DNA of 63,341 nucleotides, counting the filler, from Hyphochytrium catenoides (Eukaryota; Protista; Hyphochytriomycota): the NCBI GenBank assembly GCA_900088475.1. It is 5 parts of 5 records of this genome, joined end to end, with 100 filler letters (N's around TTAATTAATTAA, not from the genome) between each part and the next. Parts side by side here need not be neighbours in the genome. Positions count along the whole stretch, not along the records: positions 57,760 to 63,341 come from FLMG01004673.1; 4 more parts are not named here. One strand, given 5' to 3'. Positions 58,955-63,341 of the stretch are shown piece by piece. The notes beneath the pieces were generated by a model that was not told the DNA's origin, ran no database searches, and worked only from the letters and a program-made list of their open reading frames with translations. Both the position numbers and the translations under genes were made by a program. Position 1 is the first letter of the stretch. Every line of letters begins with the position of its first letter.

Positions 58955-61900
58955 TGGACTCTCAAACCTCAGGAATTCTATCCATCACAGGCTTCAAGGA
59001 CGAGATGACTATCCCATCTGGAGTGTCAAAGTGGAAGCCTATCTGGACGAGCTAGGTCCACCGGACCACACTACGGATTCGGAACCCTCTAAAGCCTCTA
59101 CAGCGGACGCTAAAAAGGAGGACAAGAAAACCGCAGGACGTGAACAGGACTCAAAATGACTCAGGGATGACAAGAAAGCCTACAACAAGATTGTCCTTGC
59201 CGGGTCCGACACCCTCGTACGCTTTTTACCAAGGAAGGGAACTGCCAGGGAGGCATGGTTGAAATTGCAAAAGGAGTTCGAGAGCCGCAATGTCAACAAC
59301 ATTGTGACAACCCTCATCTCTTTCCTTACCAACAAACTTAGGGATGGAGATGATCTAAGAACCTTCCTGAATGAACAAGAAGGCAGACAATGCGATTTGC
59401 TCAAAGAGATGATGACCAACGAAGACTTCAATGACAAGCTCCTCATTGCATCCATCCTAAAGGGGTTGCCAGTATCATTTCGAGGCACTGTGGAAGCAAT
59501 TCAGGTCCGCGGCACTGGCACTCTGACTGCTGATCAAGTGGAAGAGATTCTCATCAATGAGATTAATCGCCGTAGAGCTGTAGGACTAGGCTACTGCTGG
59601 TGGAAGAGGAGCTTATCACACCGAACGCCCGGATCCTCAGAAAAGAGACACCGGAAAAGGAAGACGCAATCCTTGTCCTCATTGCAATGGACGGACCCAT
59701 CGTGCAGAACTATGTTGGGTATCGGGGACCAATGCTCATCGTCGTCCGGCGGGGTGGAAATCGCGCACTAAGGGTAAAGATAGTAAGCCAGCTGCAAAGC
59801 CTGCAGCTGCATTTGCGGCCTTTATTAATACCCTCGACGCGGATCAGGGCGAGGAGCTAATCAGCTCTCTTGGAATTGTCGCTTATACCAAGTCTCCTCC
59901 TTGTGCCTACGAAAACGAAAAAGACCTCCCTCCAATATCACAAGCCAAAGTGGCTTTCACAGAGAGCAACACCGCAGCACGGTGGATCATTGTTAGCGAT
60001 GCCACAGATCATATCACCGGCAACCGGCAGCTTTTCCAGGACTACAAAGTCATAGATCCAATACCTTTACTCACAGCCGACAACAGAAGCGTCAAGGCCA
60101 TCGGACAAGGATCAGTCCAGCTCTCTCTCACATCACCGACCAACCGGACAGGCACTGTAACCCTTCAAAATGTCCTACATGCTCCTGGATTCACCAAAGA
60201 TCTACTCTCAATCAGCAAGGAGCTTGATAAAGGTTACCACGTACTTTTTACCCAAGATGGACAGGTCTATTATCCGCCTAAACCTCTATCTCAGCTGCTT
60301 TCTGTTGCACCAACCCGACGGCGAACGCTTTGGCTTCTCTTTTACGTGGCGGGCTCTACCTTAACTGACTGTACTCTAGCAAGCAGTTCTCCCAGTGCCT
60401 ACACCACCGTATCCGAGACGAGAGCTGGAAGTCAAATAACACGGTAGCCTCGCTGGCTTCTTTTCTGTCGTCATAGTTCATCGAGGGAGATGACATGCGA
60501 AGACATCTCAACAGCATCACGCGCCATCGTACCGTGATTGAGGACATGATGCAGCAAGACGACTTTATCGAGAAGCTGCACATCGCAGCGATCCTGAAGA
60601 GCCTCCCGACATCCTTCGAGTTCACTGTCAAGGCGATTCACATTCGCGGCACGGGGAAAGGTGAAGGCTGAGGATATCAACGACATCCTCATCCAAGAAA
60701 TGCAGCATAGGGATGCCAAGGGCGAAGCGAAACGTGGTGCGCCCTCAGCGGCATACACTGTACAGAAGTACGACAAGGCACCACGCACACCGTGCCAACA
60801 TTGCAGACGACGCAAGGCTCATAGGTCAGAAGACTGCTGGGAGTCGGAGGCGAATGCACATCGCCGTCCAAGCAAATGGAGATCTGTCAAGGAGGGACGA
60901 GACGCAAAGAAGTTTACCTCCTCTCGCAGAGTCTTCCTCTACTGTTTGAAGACGAAAGGTGAAGTTATGGCAGCGCTGCGAACGTTCGCCCATTCATATG
61001 GCTGAAACACAGACTGGTCTACGCCTAAAGCGACTTCAAACTGTTTTACGACTGAAGAAACTTCGGAGCGACAGAGGCGGCGAGTACTGCTCCGCGGAGA
61101 TGAAGACTTTCTGTGAAAAGAGGGGAGTCATTCATGAGCTTTCAGCCCCATACTCTCCGTCACAAAATGGTGTAGCAGAGCGCAGACAGCGACCTCTGAT
61201 GGAATCAGCTCGATGCATGCTCCTCGCTTCAGGACTTCCGCACAACTTGTGGGCGGAAGAACTGAAGACGGCAGTCCACATCAACAACAAGACCCCTACA
61301 TCTGCTTGAGGTTGACTGACACCCCATGAAAGTGGTTTGGTAGACCGCCAGATATTGGATATCTTCGCGTTTTCGGCTGTGTCTCGTTTGGTCTTGTCCC
61401 AAAGCGGGACCGCCGTAAGCTGGATTGGAAGGCGAAGAAATACGCTCTCGTGGGTTATGGTTCTCCCTCAAAAGCATATCGGCTCTACAATTTTTGGGAC
61501 TCAGACTGTCATCGAGCGTCGAGATGTTGTCTTTGATGAAGCGACCGCAGCGAGTGGGACGGATCACCACGCTGGGTCTACTGAGAGCGACTCAGCAGTG
61601 CTGTATGATATTTGTGAAGAGCTTGGGGAGAACTCTGACAACCCCGACCCAAATGATATCCCGGGGAATACCGTGGGGAATCAGTCCCAGGAAGCAGAAC
61701 CCAAAATTCATCCTTCCGTAGGAACGCACCAAGCAAGTGATCAGGTCCAAGCCTCCGAACCGCAGTGATTATTCAAACAGTGAAGAGTCCTCTGAAGACT
61801 CGGTTGACCAATCCTCGAAACCATCGGAGGAGGCATGAGACCCTGCAACCGCAGTAGACGCAGATACAAGCTTGGAGTCGACGAGTATGAGGACTGTGGT

Positions 61901-62750
61901 GAAACACCTGATCTCAGCTCTGTACCCCACTCATCCTTGGCACAGAGGTACTCCCAGCAGGACTCGCTCTGAATGCGAGCGGGAAGTCTCAATCTGTTGG
62001 ATGTTCAGGAACCAGCGACCTTAGAGGACGCGTTGGCCTCTCCTCAGGCAGTGGAGTGGCAAGAGGCAATCTCCAGCAAGCTAAATTCCATGGAGCAGCA
62101 CGGGGTATGGGAACTGGTTCCCCGCCTTCCTGGAGCTAACATCGTAGGATGCCCCTGGGTCTTTAAGGTCAAGACCCACGCTGATGGGACCGTAGAAAGG
62201 TACAAGGCAAGATTAGTGGCACAAGGTTTCTGGCAGAAGGAGGGAATCGATTATCAAGAAGTTTTTGCTCCGACCATCGGACATGAGTCCATTCGGTGCA
62301 TCTTGTCATTGACGGCATCTTTCGACATATAGATTCATCATATGGAGAACAAGACTGCTTTTTTGCACGGGGAGCTGGAAGAAACGGTGTATATGAAGCA
62401 GCCTCCGGAGTTTTCGCCCGTGCTGGTTCTCAAGATCATGTCTGCAAGCTAAAGAGGAGCATCTACGGCCTGAAGCAGAGCCCACGACAGTGGAACAAGG
62501 TGATTGACGGGTATCTGAAGAAGCATGGATTCCATCCCAGCAATGTGAGCCTTGCGTGTATATCCAAAACCGCACTCAGACAGACTCCAAGCTGCCCGAG
62601 ATCACTCACTCTATCTGTAGACGGGTTGCTTTTGATCGGAGAGTCAATGGATCTAGTGAAAGGCATGAAGAAGATGCTCTCGGATAGGTTCTTGGAGCGT
62701 TCACCTATTTCCTCGGGATTAAGGTACGTCGGGACAGGACAGCACGGACC
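58955..62750 (+). mobile_element. Decayed, mosaic Ty1/copia internal region (gag, protease, second gag, integrase, RT)
   Basis: gag LQGRDDYPIWSVKVEAYL and ILKGLP; degenerate protease WIIVSDATDHITG...TLQNVLHAP; second gag with zinc knuckle CQHC...H...DCW. Then integrase LRSDRGGEY...PSQNGVAER and RT WVFKVK...RYKARLVAQGF...SIYGLKQSPRQW. Many frameshifts and stops. Confidence 0.93.
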
Positions 62751-63063
62751 TGTTATGATGTATGGGATTTGAAGACACTCTTATTGAGGTTATGTGGTCT
62801 ATTGATATGCTCAGGGTGAGTATGAAGGGCTTATGGGACCCTGTTTCCTAGTTATCAAGTTGTCTAGTTGTTCTGCAGAGTAACTGTGTCTCGTATAAAC
62901 TACTAGACCCAGCTACTACTTCTTGGCGTCACATGATGACTTACCTAATGATAATAACCTACTTATCATAACTCTGAAACCATTTGTTTTGTGTCTTCCT
63001 CTCGTCAGATAGAGTCTGGAACTGTGAGCCTTTTAGAGCTTTCGTCGGCTTCTGCTCTCAACA
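62751..63063 (-). repeat. 3' LTR (about 313 bp) of a minus-strand copia element
   Basis: Minus strand reads polypurine tract GCGGGGAGG, then TGTTG (63063) ... TAACA (62751). It interrupts the plus-strand RT abruptly at 62750. Confidence 0.7.
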
Positions 63064-63341
63064 CCTCCCCGCAGGTCCAGACTTCCTGAGTGTCCGTCGG
63101 CCTCCGCCTTGTCCTCCCTGGAAAGTAGACTTTGTCTTACGACGGATGTGGACGGGACAATCCCGAGTTGCGGAAGAAGTTTTCGGAACTGAGGTGCTGG
63201 TAACGCCTTCGTGAGAATGTCGGCGGACATCTTCTTGGTTGGGCAGTGTTGCAATTCCAGGACTTTGCTATTCACTTGATCTCTGACCAAACAGTGTTTG
63301 ACATCATCAATATATCGATTTTGGTCTCGGCATCTCGCAGA
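63064..63341 (-). mobile_element. Ty1/copia RNase H C-terminus and polypurine tract; the element continues beyond the window
   Basis: VRDQV...LELQHCPTKKMSADILTKAL...F..L...LG and terminal LRGGV. Confidence 0.9.

Overview
Eukaryotic genomic DNA with spliceosomal introns and the standard genetic code. It comes from a flagellated, probably stramenopile-like protist (taxonomy inferred). The window is not one locus. Four identical 100-bp spacers (44 N + TTAATTAATTAA + 44 N) join five unrelated contigs: A 1-21640, B 21741-34520, C 34621-43739, D 43840-57659, E 57760-63341. Contig A holds the 3' end of a heme-thiolate peroxidase, a large Sfi1-like centrin-binding gene (-) and, head-to-head with it, a CC2D2A/MKS6 gene (+) with (CT)/(GA) microsatellite introns. 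Contig B holds ARPC3, a membrane-anchored yellow/MRJP-family protein, an Rtc3-like stand-alone SBDS-N protein and MECR. Contig C holds a secreted-looking Cys-rich orphan with an RALRRL motif, an HMG-box gene with a 17-nt micro-exon and a GC-AG intron, an IFT25-like gene and a coiled-coil orphan. Contig D holds a WD40 gene, two tandem paralogous multi-pass membrane genes, an IFI27/ISG12-domain gene fused to an unexplained helical domain, a decayed CRE-clade non-LTR retrotransposon and a MITE-like element. Contig E is a transposon graveyard: copia fragments, a nested copia LTR, a chromoviral chromodomain and a tRNA-derived SINE-like head. No new multi-gene system can be proven from the sequence alone. 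The best leads are the ISG12 fusion to a Death-like or SAP-like domain, the tandem bacterial-like membrane genes and the RxLR/RRL orphan. All homology calls come from motif recognition by eye, not database searches.
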